The translations under genes and the position numbers were made by a program. The notes beneath the pieces are model-generated. The model was not told the origin of the DNA, did not search any database, and was given only the letters and a program-made list of their open reading frames with translations. From Acidobacteriota bacterium (GTDB lineage Bacteria; Acidobacteriota; UBA6911; RPQK01; JAJDTT01), in the NCBI GenBank assembly GCA_965209055.1, contig OZ242374.1, positions 224,001 through 288,000 of the forward strand: DNA of 64,000 bases, in the 5' to 3' direction. This document shows positions 19,097-29,139 of this stretch, one piece after another; positions within the stretch are counted from its first letter, which is position 1; each line of letters opens with the position of its first letter.

Positions 19097-20113
19097 CTAG
19101 ACGCCGCCCGACGCCAGCTTCCGTTCCAGGAAGAGTTCCTCCACTTCGCTGATGGGGTGTTCCAGGATCTCCCGCCGGCACTGGTTCAGGACCGGGCAGC
19201 CGGCCAACTGCTCCAGGTTCCAGTCGCGGACCAGCTCGCCGGCCTTGATCCGGGCCAGCATCTGCCGCATACGCTCCCGAACGTCTTCGGTGACCACGTC
19301 GCCGGTCTTGGTCAGCGCCAGGTAGGTGGCGGTGGGCGATCCGAAGGCGACCGCCTGGCCGAAGGGCATTCGGCAGATGGACTCGGTGAGGAATTGAATT
19401 TCATAGAAGGTCTCGCCGTAGGCCTTCTCGGCCGAAAAGCCTGCTTCCACCAGGACTTCGAAGGCGGTCAGGAGGTACTTGATCATGCCGCTCAGGCCCG
19501 CGGTTTCGGCGAAGAGATTGACGGCGACCTCGTCTCCGAAGGTGGTTTCGGTGGCCCCGAAGCGCAGGATGCCGATCCCCATGGAGACGGCCAGGGCCAG
19601 ATCGTGGGCCTGTCCCGTCACGTCCTGATAAACGCCGAAGTGACCGAAGATTCCCTGGCCCCGGGCGTAGCGCTCACGGACGATGGCGCCGACGCAGGTG
19701 GGAACGGACAGAATCACGTCCAGGAAGTCGGGCGGTGTGATAAGCCCGAAATGCACGGCGTATCCGCTGGCGAAGACCAGGGTGTGGTCCGGGGTCAGGT
19801 GCGGTCCGATATCGGTTTTGAAGACGGCAGGCTGCACCTCGTCAGGAATCAGCATCAGGATCACCCGGCCGCGCTGAACGGCGTCGGGGATGGGGACGAC
19901 TTCGAACCCGTCGCCCCGGGCCTGTTCCGCGAATCGGTCTTCGACGTTGCCGATGATGACGTCGAGACCCTGGTCCCTCATGTTCTGAGCCTGGGCGTGC
20001 CCCTGGCTACCGTAGCCGAGGACCGCGATCGGGAGGTCCTTGATCAGACCGAGATCGGCGTCCTCTTCGGTGTAGAAACGATCCCGTTTCAGCGTGCCTT
20101 TCGCTTCTGCCAT
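19097..20113 (-). CDS. Ketol-acid reductoisomerase (IlvC) family paralogue with altered active site
   Basis: AVLGYGSQGHAQAQNMRDQG, LIPDEVQ, ETTF, LVEAGF; start at MAEAKG. Confidence 0.85.
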   Translation of the reverse strand: MAEAKGTLKRDRFYTEEDADLGLIKDLPIAVLGYGSQGHAQAQNMRDQGLDVIIGNVEDRFAEQARGDGFEVVPIPDAVQRGRVILMLIPDEVQPAVFKTDIGPHLTPDHTLVFASGYAVHFGLITPPDFLDVILSVPTCVGAIVRERYARGQGIFGHFGVYQDVTGQAHDLALAVSMGIGILRFGATETTFGDEVAVNLFAETAGLSGMIKYLLTAFEVLVEAGFSAEKAYGETFYEIQFLTESICRMPFGQAVAFGSPTATYLALTKTGDVVTEDVRERMRQMLARIKAGELVRDWNLEQLAGCPVLNQCRREILEHPISEVEELFLERKLASGGV

Positions 20114-20245
20114 TGTGCTAACCTTCCTGAACGAAATGGAATTGAGGAGTGACGAGCCGCGGTCATTCACGACCCCTGTTCGAAACCTTTTCCACATTAG
20201 ACGCCCGCCGGTGGGGGATGTCAATGTGAGCGCGGAGGGGCTGGA

Positions 20246-22486
20246 ATGAAGATCGTCGGCTACGGCGACCGGCTCAGCGTCCAGCAGGGCGAGACGGTCC
20301 GGTTCATGGTCAGTTGCCGGACGGACGCCTATCGGGCCGGGATCGTGCGCCTGATTCACGGCGACGACAACCCCAAGGGGCCGGGCGTCAAGTCCGAGCC
20401 GGTGGCGGCTCCGGCGAACGGCCGATACCCGGGCCGGGTCCAGCCGTTCCATCGCGGATCGTATCTCGTGGTCCCCGATCCGTCGGTCCTCGATTTTACC
20501 GGCGGGTTCACGTTTCAGGCCTGGATCCGTCCCACGATGCCGGAAAAAGCGGGGCAGGGGATCCTGACCCAGTGGTCCGAATCGGATCATGCCGGTTACG
20601 GCCTGTTCCTGGACGGGGACCGGGGTCTGAGCCTGTGGTTCGGCGACGGCGACGGCCGGGTGGAGAAGTTTCGGACCGGGACACCGCTGACGGCATCGCA
20701 ATGGTACTTCGTGGCGGCCACGTGGGATGCCGCGGAAAGGAGCGTTCGGCTGTACCAGGAACCTGTCACTACGTGGCCGCTGGACCGGTCGGGAGCGGTG
20801 GCGTCCGCTACCGCCGGGAGGGCAGGCATCGTTGCCCGTCCGTTCCCGCTCCTGATGGGCGCCTGCTGGAAACGGCCGGACGGATCACGGGCTCAGGTGG
20901 CCGGGCATTTCAACGGCAAGATCGACGGTCCCTGCCTCTACGGGCGGGCGCTGGAGTCCGCCGACGTCGAAGGCCTCAAAGGGGGAGCGGCGCCCGGCGA
21001 CGTGGATGAGGCCTTGCTGGCGGCATGGGATTTCTCACTCGGCCCGTCCGGACGAAAGGTCATCGACACGGGTCCGCACGGCCTGCACGGACAGACCGTT
21101 AACCTGCCGGCGAGAGCCGTGACCGGCCACAACTGGACCGGCAACGAGGTCGATTTCAAGGCGGCGCCCGGAGAGTACGGCGCCATCCACTTCCATGACG
21201 ACGATCTGGAAGATGCCGGGTGGGAGGTCGACTTCGAATTTGAGGTGCCTTCCGACCTCCGCAGCGGGGTCTACGCCGCCCGGCTGACCGCCTCGGACGC
21301 CGAGGACCACATCCCCTTCTTCGTCCGGCCCCGGCGAGGCACGGCCACCGCCGACATCGCCTTCCTGGCGCCCACCTTCAGCTATCTCGCCTACGCCAAC
21401 CAGAAGTTCAACAATCCGGATCGTATGGCAGTCAAGGGCCTGGCGCCCGGCTCGTCGCGGCCCCAGGACCAGTTCATCGTCAATGAACGGCTCCACAGCC
21501 TGTACGATCTGCATACCGACGGCAGTTGCGCCCATTACTCCTCGCGCCTCAAGCCCATCGTCAACATGAGGCCGGAGCACCGCCTGCCCCCGCTCTCGCT
21601 GGGCGCGGGTTCTCCCCATCAGCTCAGCGGAGACCTCCACCTGGTGGACTGGCTGGAGGCCAAGTCCTACCGCTATGACGTGATCACCGACGAGGATCTG
21701 CATCACGAAGGGGTCGAACTCCTCTCTCCCTACCGGGTGGTTCTCACCGGCAGCCACCCCGAATACTGGACCCGGCAGATGATCGCCGGTCTCCAGGCGT
21801 ATCAGGCCCGCGGCGGACGATTCATGTACCTGGGCGGAAACGGCTTCTACTGGGTGACGGCGGTCGATCCCGAACGGCCCCACGTCATCGAAGTGAGGCG
21901 CTGGGGCGGCAGCAGGAGCTGCGAGGCCGAACACGGACAGTACTACCACAGTACGACGGGTGAGCTGGGGGGCCTCTGGCGCTATCAGAATCGGGGACCG
22001 CAGAAGCTGGTGGGTGTGGGAATGACGTCGCAGGGAGCGGGATCGGGCCGTCCCTATCGGCGGCGGACCGGCAGTTTCGATCCCCGGGCCGCCTTCATCT
22101 TCGAGGGGATCGGCGAGGACGACCTGATCGGAGACTTCGAGTCATTGGCTTTCCGGTACGGCGCCGCCGGCTTCGAGCTGGATCGATTCGACCTCGCCCT
22201 GGGCAGTCCGGCCCACGCCCTGGTGCTGGCCTCCTCCTTCGGTCACTCGGATGGGTACGAGTGTGTGATGGAGGACCTCCAGAATCTGACCGGCCCCCTG
22301 TTCGGCGACAAGAGCCCGCTGATCCGGTCGGACATGGTCTATTTCGAAGGACCCCGGGGCGGAGCCGTCTTCTCGGTCGGTTCGATCGCCTGGTGCGGCA
22401 GTCTTTCCTACAACGGTTACGACAACGCGGTTTCGCGCATCACGGGCAACGTGCTGCGCCGGTTCGCCTCCGACGCGCCGCTGTGA
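20246..22486 (+). CDS. N,N-dimethylformamidase beta-subunit family protein with LamG insert
   Basis: GAIHFHDDDL, LRSGVYAARL, YLAYAN, SLYDLH, TGSHPEYW, YLGGNGFYW, AGFELD. Confidence 0.9.
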   Translation: MKIVGYGDRLSVQQGETVRFMVSCRTDAYRAGIVRLIHGDDNPKGPGVKSEPVAAPANGRYPGRVQPFHRGSYLVVPDPSVLDFTGGFTFQAWIRPTMPEKAGQGILTQWSESDHAGYGLFLDGDRGLSLWFGDGDGRVEKFRTGTPLTASQWYFVAATWDAAERSVRLYQEPVTTWPLDRSGAVASATAGRAGIVARPFPLLMGACWKRPDGSRAQVAGHFNGKIDGPCLYGRALESADVEGLKGGAAPGDVDEALLAAWDFSLGPSGRKVIDTGPHGLHGQTVNLPARAVTGHNWTGNEVDFKAAPGEYGAIHFHDDDLEDAGWEVDFEFEVPSDLRSGVYAARLTASDAEDHIPFFVRPRRGTATADIAFLAPTFSYLAYANQKFNNPDRMAVKGLAPGSSRPQDQFIVNERLHSLYDLHTDGSCAHYSSRLKPIVNMRPEHRLPPLSLGAGSPHQLSGDLHLVDWLEAKSYRYDVITDEDLHHEGVELLSPYRVVLTGSHPEYWTRQMIAGLQAYQARGGRFMYLGGNGFYWVTAVDPERPHVIEVRRWGGSRSCEAEHGQYYHSTTGELGGLWRYQNRGPQKLVGVGMTSQGAGSGRPYRRRTGSFDPRAAFIFEGIGEDDLIGDFESLAFRYGAAGFELDRFDLALGSPAHALVLASSFGHSDGYECVMEDLQNLTGPLFGDKSPLIRSDMVYFEGPRGGAVFSVGSIAWCGSLSYNGYDNAVSRITGNVLRRFASDAPL

Positions 22487-22548
22487 GGGGTGGATTGAAC
22501 GAAAAAGTTCTGCGGGATCATCGCGCCTCCCGGTGAGGAACGTGGCTT

Positions 22549-23271
22549 ATGAGACTTTCAGGCAAACGGGCTGTGGTGACGGGTGGTTCGCGCGGAATCG
22601 GATTCGCCGTGGCGCGGGCTCTGGTTCACGCCGGTGCCGGGGTGATGATCTGTGCCCGGAACGGCGCAGCCGTCGAAACGGCCGTCGACGCCCTCCGGAG
22701 CAGCGGCGCGGGACCGGTCCTGGGACGGTCCTGTGACGTCAGGGACCCGGAGCAGGTCCGGGCGCTCATCCAATACTGCGTTTCCCGGATGGGCCGGATC
22801 GACATCCTGATCAACAACGCCGCCGCCGTGCGCGCCTTCAAGAGCGTGGAGGAGATGCCCGTAGAAGAGTGGCGGACCACCATCGGCACCAATCTGGACG
22901 GTGTCTTCTACGGCTGCCACTTCGCGGTCCCGGAAATGAAGAAGACCGGGGGCGGGTTCATCATCAACATCAGCAGCCTCGCCGGCAAGAATGCCTTCGC
23001 CGGAGGATCAGCCTACAACGCCTCCAAGTTCGGACTGACGGGACTGAGCGAAGCCCTGATGGAGGAGGTCCGGCACGACGACATCCGCGTCGCCTACATC
23101 ATGCCGGGCAGCGTCAACACCCGTTCGCGGTCATCGGGGGACGGGAGCGGAGACGCCTGGAAGATGGCTCCGGAGGACGTGGCGGAGGTCGTTGTCAGCA
23201 CCTTGACCCAACACCCGCGGTGTCTGGTGAGCCGGGTCGAGATGCGGCCGTCGAAACCCAGGAAGAAGTGA
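22549..23271 (+). CDS. SDR family oxidoreductase
   Basis: TGGSRGIG, INNAA, YNASK. Confidence 0.92.
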   Translation: MRLSGKRAVVTGGSRGIGFAVARALVHAGAGVMICARNGAAVETAVDALRSSGAGPVLGRSCDVRDPEQVRALIQYCVSRMGRIDILINNAAAVRAFKSVEEMPVEEWRTTIGTNLDGVFYGCHFAVPEMKKTGGGFIINISSLAGKNAFAGGSAYNASKFGLTGLSEALMEEVRHDDIRVAYIMPGSVNTRSRSSGDGSGDAWKMAPEDVAEVVVSTLTQHPRCLVSRVEMRPSKPRKK

Positions 23272-23315
23272 TTCCGCCGCGGCCGGCGGCCTGCCGGCTC
23301 TCGCGACCAACCCGG

Positions 23316-24707
23316 TCAGGTCAGAAAGTCCTTCAGGGCATTCGTGTCGAGCGTCCGCGTCAGCCGGAAGACGCCGGCCGGACCGGCCGGGTAGCCCATG
23401 TAGACGAAGACATGCTGGACGCCGCGGCTGGAATCGATGATGGAGGCCCCCGGATGGAGTCCGTCGATCCGGCCCAGGACGTCGCAACGTGCGAAAAGCG
23501 CACAGTCGAATCGCCACCGAGAGCTTCCTGAAAAGAAATCCTCCGGTTCGATGCTCCAGATGTTCAGGGACATCTTCCCCGGATAGGGACGGTCCGGTCC
23601 GCTGCCGGCCCGCGCCGGAACCACGGCCTCGATCCTTTCCGTGACCGGATTGAAATCGATATCGAGCGTATCCTGGCGTCCCCGCCTGCCTGCAACGCGG
23701 ATACCGGAGTGCTTCGACTTGAGAGGATGCCAGCCGCTCTCCGACCAGAGTTGGGCGTAGACCGAGGTGCCCGTCCGAGCGTCGTAGGAGGCGGGATCGT
23801 AGCTGCGGCAGACGATGGCGAGCCGGTTTTCGTGGAGCAGTGCGACCGGCTCGGCCGGCCGGACGAAGGTGGGAAGGGATTGCGCCTCCTCGGCCCAGGT
23901 GCGTCCGCCGTCCCGGGAATAGCGGAAGTGGATCTTGTCGTCGATGCGGACACTTTTGCCGTCGGTGTCCGGTGGATGTGGCCCCTCATTGTACTGTTCG
24001 GTCACCAGGTTGGAGTGCCCCGCCACGACCAGTCCGTAGTCCGGGTGCTCGAACAGGCGCGGGCCGACATAAATCACTGGACCCGATGTGGTGTCCTCCC
24101 GCATCGCGCGGGAAAAATGCACCCAGGTCCTGCCCTGGTCGTCGCTACGAAATACCCCGTGGTCGCTCACCAGGACCACTCCGCCGTCGGACGCCGTCCC
24201 GATGGCATTCAGATGGATCTTGTAGCCCAGGGTCGGATCCTGGTCGCGGGCGAACTTGTAGCGGTGGGCCAGTGGAATGTGTCCTCCCCGGAAACGGTCT
24301 TCCCGGGTCATCACCTGGCGCAGGTCGAAGGGTTCGGTCCAGGTCTTCCCCTCATCCGTCGACCGCACCATCATGGTGTAGCTGTGCCGGTCGTCGGTGC
24401 GCTCCAGCCCCTTCCAATGGCCCGGAATCCGGCGGTGCACCACGATGATGGCGTCGCCTGCCCGGGTGGCCACCGGCCAACCGAAATGGTTGTTGAGGGC
24501 GCCGGGATCGGGAGGGAGACTGACGGGAGCGAGCTCCATCAATCCCCGCCTGCGGCCTTCCTCCAGTTGGGCCGATTGCCGGGGAGACATACAGAGCAGG
24601 TGCTCCACCGTCGATTCGCCGGCGGGGACCGAGCCGGCGCTCCGGATCGCGGAGCAACTCACCGTCCCTTGCGCTGCCAGCCGGAGAAACCGGCGCCGGG
24701 AAATCAT
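23316..24707 (-). CDS. Tat-exported BNR/Asp-box (sialidase-fold) protein
   Basis: MISRRRFLRLAA; Asp-boxes STDEGKTW, SDDQGRTW, SRDGGRTW. Confidence 0.8.
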   Translation of the reverse strand: MISRRRFLRLAAQGTVSCSAIRSAGSVPAGESTVEHLLCMSPRQSAQLEEGRRRGLMELAPVSLPPDPGALNNHFGWPVATRAGDAIIVVHRRIPGHWKGLERTDDRHSYTMMVRSTDEGKTWTEPFDLRQVMTREDRFRGGHIPLAHRYKFARDQDPTLGYKIHLNAIGTASDGGVVLVSDHGVFRSDDQGRTWVHFSRAMREDTTSGPVIYVGPRLFEHPDYGLVVAGHSNLVTEQYNEGPHPPDTDGKSVRIDDKIHFRYSRDGGRTWAEEAQSLPTFVRPAEPVALLHENRLAIVCRSYDPASYDARTGTSVYAQLWSESGWHPLKSKHSGIRVAGRRGRQDTLDIDFNPVTERIEAVVPARAGSGPDRPYPGKMSLNIWSIEPEDFFSGSSRWRFDCALFARCDVLGRIDGLHPGASIIDSSRGVQHVFVYMGYPAGPAGVFRLTRTLDTNALKDFLT

Positions 24708-24825
24708 GCGGGAACTCCTCTTGCGGGAAATGGCCAGTGGCCACGATAATGGAAGACAACAAGACCCACGGCAAGGCCTGCGCGTGGATTCCTGCATGCG
24801 CTCTTCCGGGCGGAAAGGTTGAATC

Positions 24826-25686
24826 ATGGCGATCACGAGTCTCTCGAACGATCAGGTGGACAGTTATCGGCGAGAGGGTTACCTGCTGCTGCCCGGGTTC
24901 TTCGGCGCGGACGAAATGGCGGCAGTGGATGGGGCGATTCGGGAAGTCTCGGAAGCGGCGCTGGCGAGCGGGGACTGGAGCGACGTCCTGGAGTTGGAGC
25001 CGGAGCTGCAGGACGGACGTCCGGTGCCGCGACGGATCTATGAACCGCACATCCGGCACGAGACCTTTCGCCGCCTTGGATCCGACGCGCGCCTACTGGA
25101 TTGCCTGGAGCCGCTGATCGGCCCCAACATTGCGGCCCAATACAGCAAGATCAACATGAAACCGGCCCGGGTGGGATCGGTGGTCAAGTGGCACCAGGAC
25201 ATGGCCTATTTCCCCTCCACCAATGACGACCAGGTGGCGGTGCTGATCTACGTCGACGACGCCACGGAGGAGAACGGCTGCCTCCAGGTATTGCCGCGGC
25301 ATCATACCCACTTCTTCGACCACACCGGCGCCGACGGCCAGTTTGCGGGCATGGTCACCGAGGATCTCAGCGATGGCCGCTTCGGTCAGCCGGTGTCTTT
25401 GGCCGGTCCTTCCGGAAGCGTCATCCTCCTGCACTGCATCGCCCCCCATGCCTCGCTTCCCAACCGGTCCGAGCACCCCCGCCGGACCCTGATCTACGGG
25501 TACCAGGCCGCAGACTGCTATCCGATCTACTTCGGAGAGATGACGTCGTACGGGATGACCGGCCAGGTGTTGCGCGGCAGGCCGTCCCGCTTCGCCCGGT
25601 TCGGCGGACCGCCGCCTCTGATTCCCCACTACGACGGCATGTGGAAATCGCTCTACCAACTGCAGGAGGAGGCTAAGGTCGAATGA
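24826..25686 (+). CDS. Phytanoyl-CoA dioxygenase (PhyH) family Fe(II)/2OG oxygenase
   Basis: WHQD, DDATEENGCL, PHASLPNRS..RR. Confidence 0.9.
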   Translation: MAITSLSNDQVDSYRREGYLLLPGFFGADEMAAVDGAIREVSEAALASGDWSDVLELEPELQDGRPVPRRIYEPHIRHETFRRLGSDARLLDCLEPLIGPNIAAQYSKINMKPARVGSVVKWHQDMAYFPSTNDDQVAVLIYVDDATEENGCLQVLPRHHTHFFDHTGADGQFAGMVTEDLSDGRFGQPVSLAGPSGSVILLHCIAPHASLPNRSEHPRRTLIYGYQAADCYPIYFGEMTSYGMTGQVLRGRPSRFARFGGPPPLIPHYDGMWKSLYQLQEEAKVE

Positions 25687-25797
25687 GATTGTCCCCATTC
25701 CGGCGCACGGATCCCTCTTGGACCCGCCGGACCCGAATCCGCCCGGGTTTGTCGACCACCCGGTCCGGGGAGTAAACTGTTGTCAACCTTGCGAGAG

Positions 25798-27414
25798 ATG
25801 GTGAACCGCCTGATCCGCCTCCTGCCCGTCGGTCTGGTCTTCTTCGGTACGGTGTCTTTTGCCTCTCCCTCAGCCGGTCAGGACGCCCGGGCCGAGGAAA
25901 AGGCGGATCCCTTCGCCCAGTGGCTGAATCGGGACGTGGTCTACATCATCTCGCCGGAAGAGAAAGCCGTCTTCTCCAAGTTGACCAGCACCGAAGAGAA
26001 GGAGAGTTTCATCGAGCAGTTCTGGCGCCGCCGCGACTCCGATCCCTCCACCGCCTTCAACGAGTTCAAGACCGAGCACTACCGCCGCATCGCGTACTCC
26101 AACGAGCGGTATCACAGCGGCGGCATCCCGGGATGGAAGTCGGACCGGGGCCGGATCTACATCGCCCTGGGTCCTCCCACCTCGGTGGATCGCTACGGAG
26201 CCGGGCAGACCTATTACCGGGACATCGACGAGGGGGGCGGGACCACCGCCGTCTATCCCATGGAGAAGTGGTACTACAACCACGTGGAGAACATCGGGAG
26301 CGGAATCGAGATCGAGTTCGTGGACAAGACCATGACCGGGGAGTACCGCATGGCCCTGAGGCCGGAGGAGAAGGATGCCCTCCTTTACATGGACGGGGCG
26401 GGCCTCACCCTGTTCGAGCGGATGGGCCTCGACACCCGGGCCGGACGGATCCGCGCCATGGACCCGATGCGGTCGGTGGGCGGGGAATTCGATGCGGTTC
26501 ACAAGCATGCGGAGAATCCGTTCCTCCGGCTGGATCGGTTCTTCCGGCTCCAGCAGGCGCCCCGGATCCAGTTCAATGACCTCAAGGCCGCGGTCGCCAC
26601 CAACATTACCTACGACGAGCTGCCGATCTTCGCCGCCAACTCCTACACCCGGCTGACCGCCGAATCGTTCATGGTTCCCATCACCGTCTTTCTGCCCCTG
26701 AACGAACTGGCCTATGAGGCTCCGTCCGCCGGCGCCGCACCTCGGGCGACGGTGCAGCTTTACGGTTCGGTGAAGAGCATGGGAGGCCGGATCGTCAGCG
26801 AGTTCGAGGAGACGATTTACGACGACCAACGGGTCTCGGCCGCGGAGGTGAAGGGACGGAAATCCTTCCAGAAGGTCCTCCCGCTGGCCCCCGGCATCTA
26901 CAAGCTCGATCTGATCGCCAAGGACCTGGGGAGCCAGAAGATCGGCCACCTGCAACAGCGGCTGGTGTTGCCGGTGTCGGTGCCCGAGGGGCTCTCCCTC
27001 TCGTCTCTGGTGCTCTCGGACACGATCGTTCCGGCCAAGGAGGCAACCCTGCCCAGCCCCTTCGTCACGGTTCTGGGTTGGAAGGTGTACCCGGTACAGG
27101 GCCGGCGATTTCATACGGGGGACCGGCTGGGGGTCTACTTCGAGGTCTACAGCTTCGAAGTCGATCAGAGCCGAGACCTGGCGGATCTCGACATTTCGGC
27201 GACCATCGTCAATTCCAGAGGCGAAGAGCTCATCGACGGGCCTGCCACGCACCTCTTTTCGCGCTTCAGCGACCGGGTGGCGGCCGCTCTGGTTTTCCCG
27301 CTGGAGGGCATCGAAAGCGGGGACTACACGCTTCTACTGGAGGTCGAAGACAAGATCCAGCAACGAAACGTTCGGGACAGGGTCCGGTTCAAAGTCGTTC
27401 CCGCCGACTCCTGA
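25798..27414 (+). CDS. GWxTD domain-containing exported protein
   Basis: WLNRDVVYII, FIEQFWRRRD, EHYRRIAY, GWKSDRGRIYI; signal peptide. Confidence 0.9.
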   Translation: MVNRLIRLLPVGLVFFGTVSFASPSAGQDARAEEKADPFAQWLNRDVVYIISPEEKAVFSKLTSTEEKESFIEQFWRRRDSDPSTAFNEFKTEHYRRIAYSNERYHSGGIPGWKSDRGRIYIALGPPTSVDRYGAGQTYYRDIDEGGGTTAVYPMEKWYYNHVENIGSGIEIEFVDKTMTGEYRMALRPEEKDALLYMDGAGLTLFERMGLDTRAGRIRAMDPMRSVGGEFDAVHKHAENPFLRLDRFFRLQQAPRIQFNDLKAAVATNITYDELPIFAANSYTRLTAESFMVPITVFLPLNELAYEAPSAGAAPRATVQLYGSVKSMGGRIVSEFEETIYDDQRVSAAEVKGRKSFQKVLPLAPGIYKLDLIAKDLGSQKIGHLQQRLVLPVSVPEGLSLSSLVLSDTIVPAKEATLPSPFVTVLGWKVYPVQGRRFHTGDRLGVYFEVYSFEVDQSRDLADLDISATIVNSRGEELIDGPATHLFSRFSDRVAAALVFPLEGIESGDYTLLLEVEDKIQQRNVRDRVRFKVVPADS

Positions 27415-27467
27415 CTCCTGGTTCGGGGGGCGAAGGAATCTTCAGCCGGTTCGCCTCGGAGGTGCGA

Positions 27468-28307
27468 ATGACGACGGAGGAGAGAATCCGCCGCTTGAAG
27501 ACGGACGGGTTCTGTGTGATCGAAGGGGTCATCCCCGACGACAAGGTCCATCAGGTCCGGCAAAGCGTGGTGGAGGCCCAGGCCCGGCGCCATGCGGAAG
27601 CCGAAGCCGAGTTGGCGGCGACGCGGGCCCGGGGCCACCGGGTCGGGGTCATGGGTGTCGCCAATCTCCGGCAGGTGATCAACGAGACCCAGGCCTTCGC
27701 CCCCTACCTGGCCGACCGGCGGATCCTGGATTTGGCGGAAGCCTTCTTCGGTCCGTGGGTCCGGATCTCCTGCACCGACTGTGTGATCAACAATCCGGGA
27801 AACGGGCGCGGCTATCTGCACGCGGACTGGCCCTACAATCGAACCAACGCCTCTCACGTTCGCGCCCCCTATCCCGACGTCATGATGCACATCTCGACGA
27901 TTTGGATGCTTTCCCCCTTCAGCGCCGAGACGGGCGGCACGCTCGTGGTGCCCGGAAGTCACCGGACCTCCAGCAACCCGGCCGGCGGCGGAAACTCCGT
28001 CCCTGAAGACGACCCCTACCCGACCGAGATGAACGTCTGCGGTCCCGCCGGCAGCGTGTTCGTGAGCGACAGCCGGCTCTGGCATGCGGTCGCTCCCAAT
28101 CGGAGCCGGGAGCCCAGGGTCGCCATCCTGATTCGCTACGCTCCCTGGTGGCTCAATCTGAATCCCACCATGATCGGCACGCCGGAGCACACCGCCATGG
28201 TGGTGGAGACGGGCGGCAAGAACTACGAGTTGCCGCCGGTTCGAAAGAGCGTCTACGAATCCCTGCCGGAAGACGTGAAGCCGCTCTACCGGTTCTGGGT
28301 GAAATAA
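27468..28307 (+). CDS. PhyH family Fe(II)/2OG oxygenase
   Basis: DGFCVIEGV, LHADWP, GGTLVVPGSH, LWHAVAPNRS; start at MTTEERI after GGAGG RBS. Confidence 0.88.
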   Translation: MTTEERIRRLKTDGFCVIEGVIPDDKVHQVRQSVVEAQARRHAEAEAELAATRARGHRVGVMGVANLRQVINETQAFAPYLADRRILDLAEAFFGPWVRISCTDCVINNPGNGRGYLHADWPYNRTNASHVRAPYPDVMMHISTIWMLSPFSAETGGTLVVPGSHRTSSNPAGGGNSVPEDDPYPTEMNVCGPAGSVFVSDSRLWHAVAPNRSREPRVAILIRYAPWWLNLNPTMIGTPEHTAMVVETGGKNYELPPVRKSVYESLPEDVKPLYRFWVK

Positions 28308-28325
28308 CGCGCGAAACGGCGGTTG

Positions 28326-28826
28326 TCACCCGGTCGAATCCACGGGCCACCGGCCAGACAGGATTCGGCGGTGTTTGATGTCCGTCGACTCCAGAGTGTA
28401 GACCCAGGCGAGTTCGCGGCATCCGGACGCCGAAGTCACCACCAACACGCGGCGGTAGAGGCTCCGGCCATCCGGACGGAAGCCTTCCAGCCGGTCGATG
28501 GCCGGCAACCGGGATTCGGGGTCGTCGAAGGTGAGAAGTTCCCCGTACACTGTTCCCCAGTCCCCCGTTTTGGCGCCTCCCGGAACCGGGCGGGGATACT
28601 TTCCGGCCCCGTCGGCAAGGCGCGTTTGCGTGGCCACGTCGGCGAGGGGGTCCGCAGTTCCGCAGGCCAGAACATCCTCGCCGGGCACCTCGAGAACCGG
28701 GAAGCCGGGTCCGTCGTAGAGCCGGCCGCGAACTTGCGCCTCCCCAATCTCCAGCGCTCCCCGGCAGAATTGGTTGTGGTTTCGGCAGCCTCGCTTGAGA
28801 GTGCCATAGACGAAGAGTTTCAACAT
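28326..28826 (-). CDS. Gamma-glutamylcyclotransferase (AIG2-like) family protein
   Basis: LFVYGTLKRG, VYGEL, IDRLEG, YRR, AWVY; RBS AGGAGGAG. Confidence 0.85.
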   Translation of the reverse strand: MLKLFVYGTLKRGCRNHNQFCRGALEIGEAQVRGRLYDGPGFPVLEVPGEDVLACGTADPLADVATQTRLADGAGKYPRPVPGGAKTGDWGTVYGELLTFDDPESRLPAIDRLEGFRPDGRSLYRRVLVVTSASGCRELAWVYTLESTDIKHRRILSGRWPVDSTG

Positions 28827-28985
28827 TTCGGATGGACTCTCCTCCTGGGATTTTCGGATTCTGCGGCTTGTTTCGAGAGTTGTCCATTGGTCACCGAAAA
28901 ACTCCATGAGGCTGGAGTCACGAACCCGTGCGGCAGCACGGCCTGGCGTTTCGGGACGGGTGCTGAACGAAAACCTCCCCTGGTC

Positions 28986-29015
28986 TTGACAATGGTCCCT
29001 GGGCGCAAACACAAT
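28986..29015 (+). promoter_or_regulatory. Putative sigma70 promoter of the TonB receptor locus
   Basis: TTGACA, 18 bp, CACAAT in an AT-richer intergenic region. Confidence 0.5.
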
Positions 29016-29139
29016 GTTCTCAACTCTTTTTCAGGTATCCGGTTTTTTCTGATTTCCAGTTTTCTCTGGCCACCTGATCTTTCCGGGGAAACGCCTTCTA
29101 TGCGTCCCCTGCACGGCTCGTCTTTCTGGAGACACATCA

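Noticed and set aside
19097-20701. 534-aa extended IlvC ORF and the ilvC gene symbol
   Set aside because: The extension overlaps the DMFase-like gene in antisense; catalytic substitutions argue against canonical ilvC
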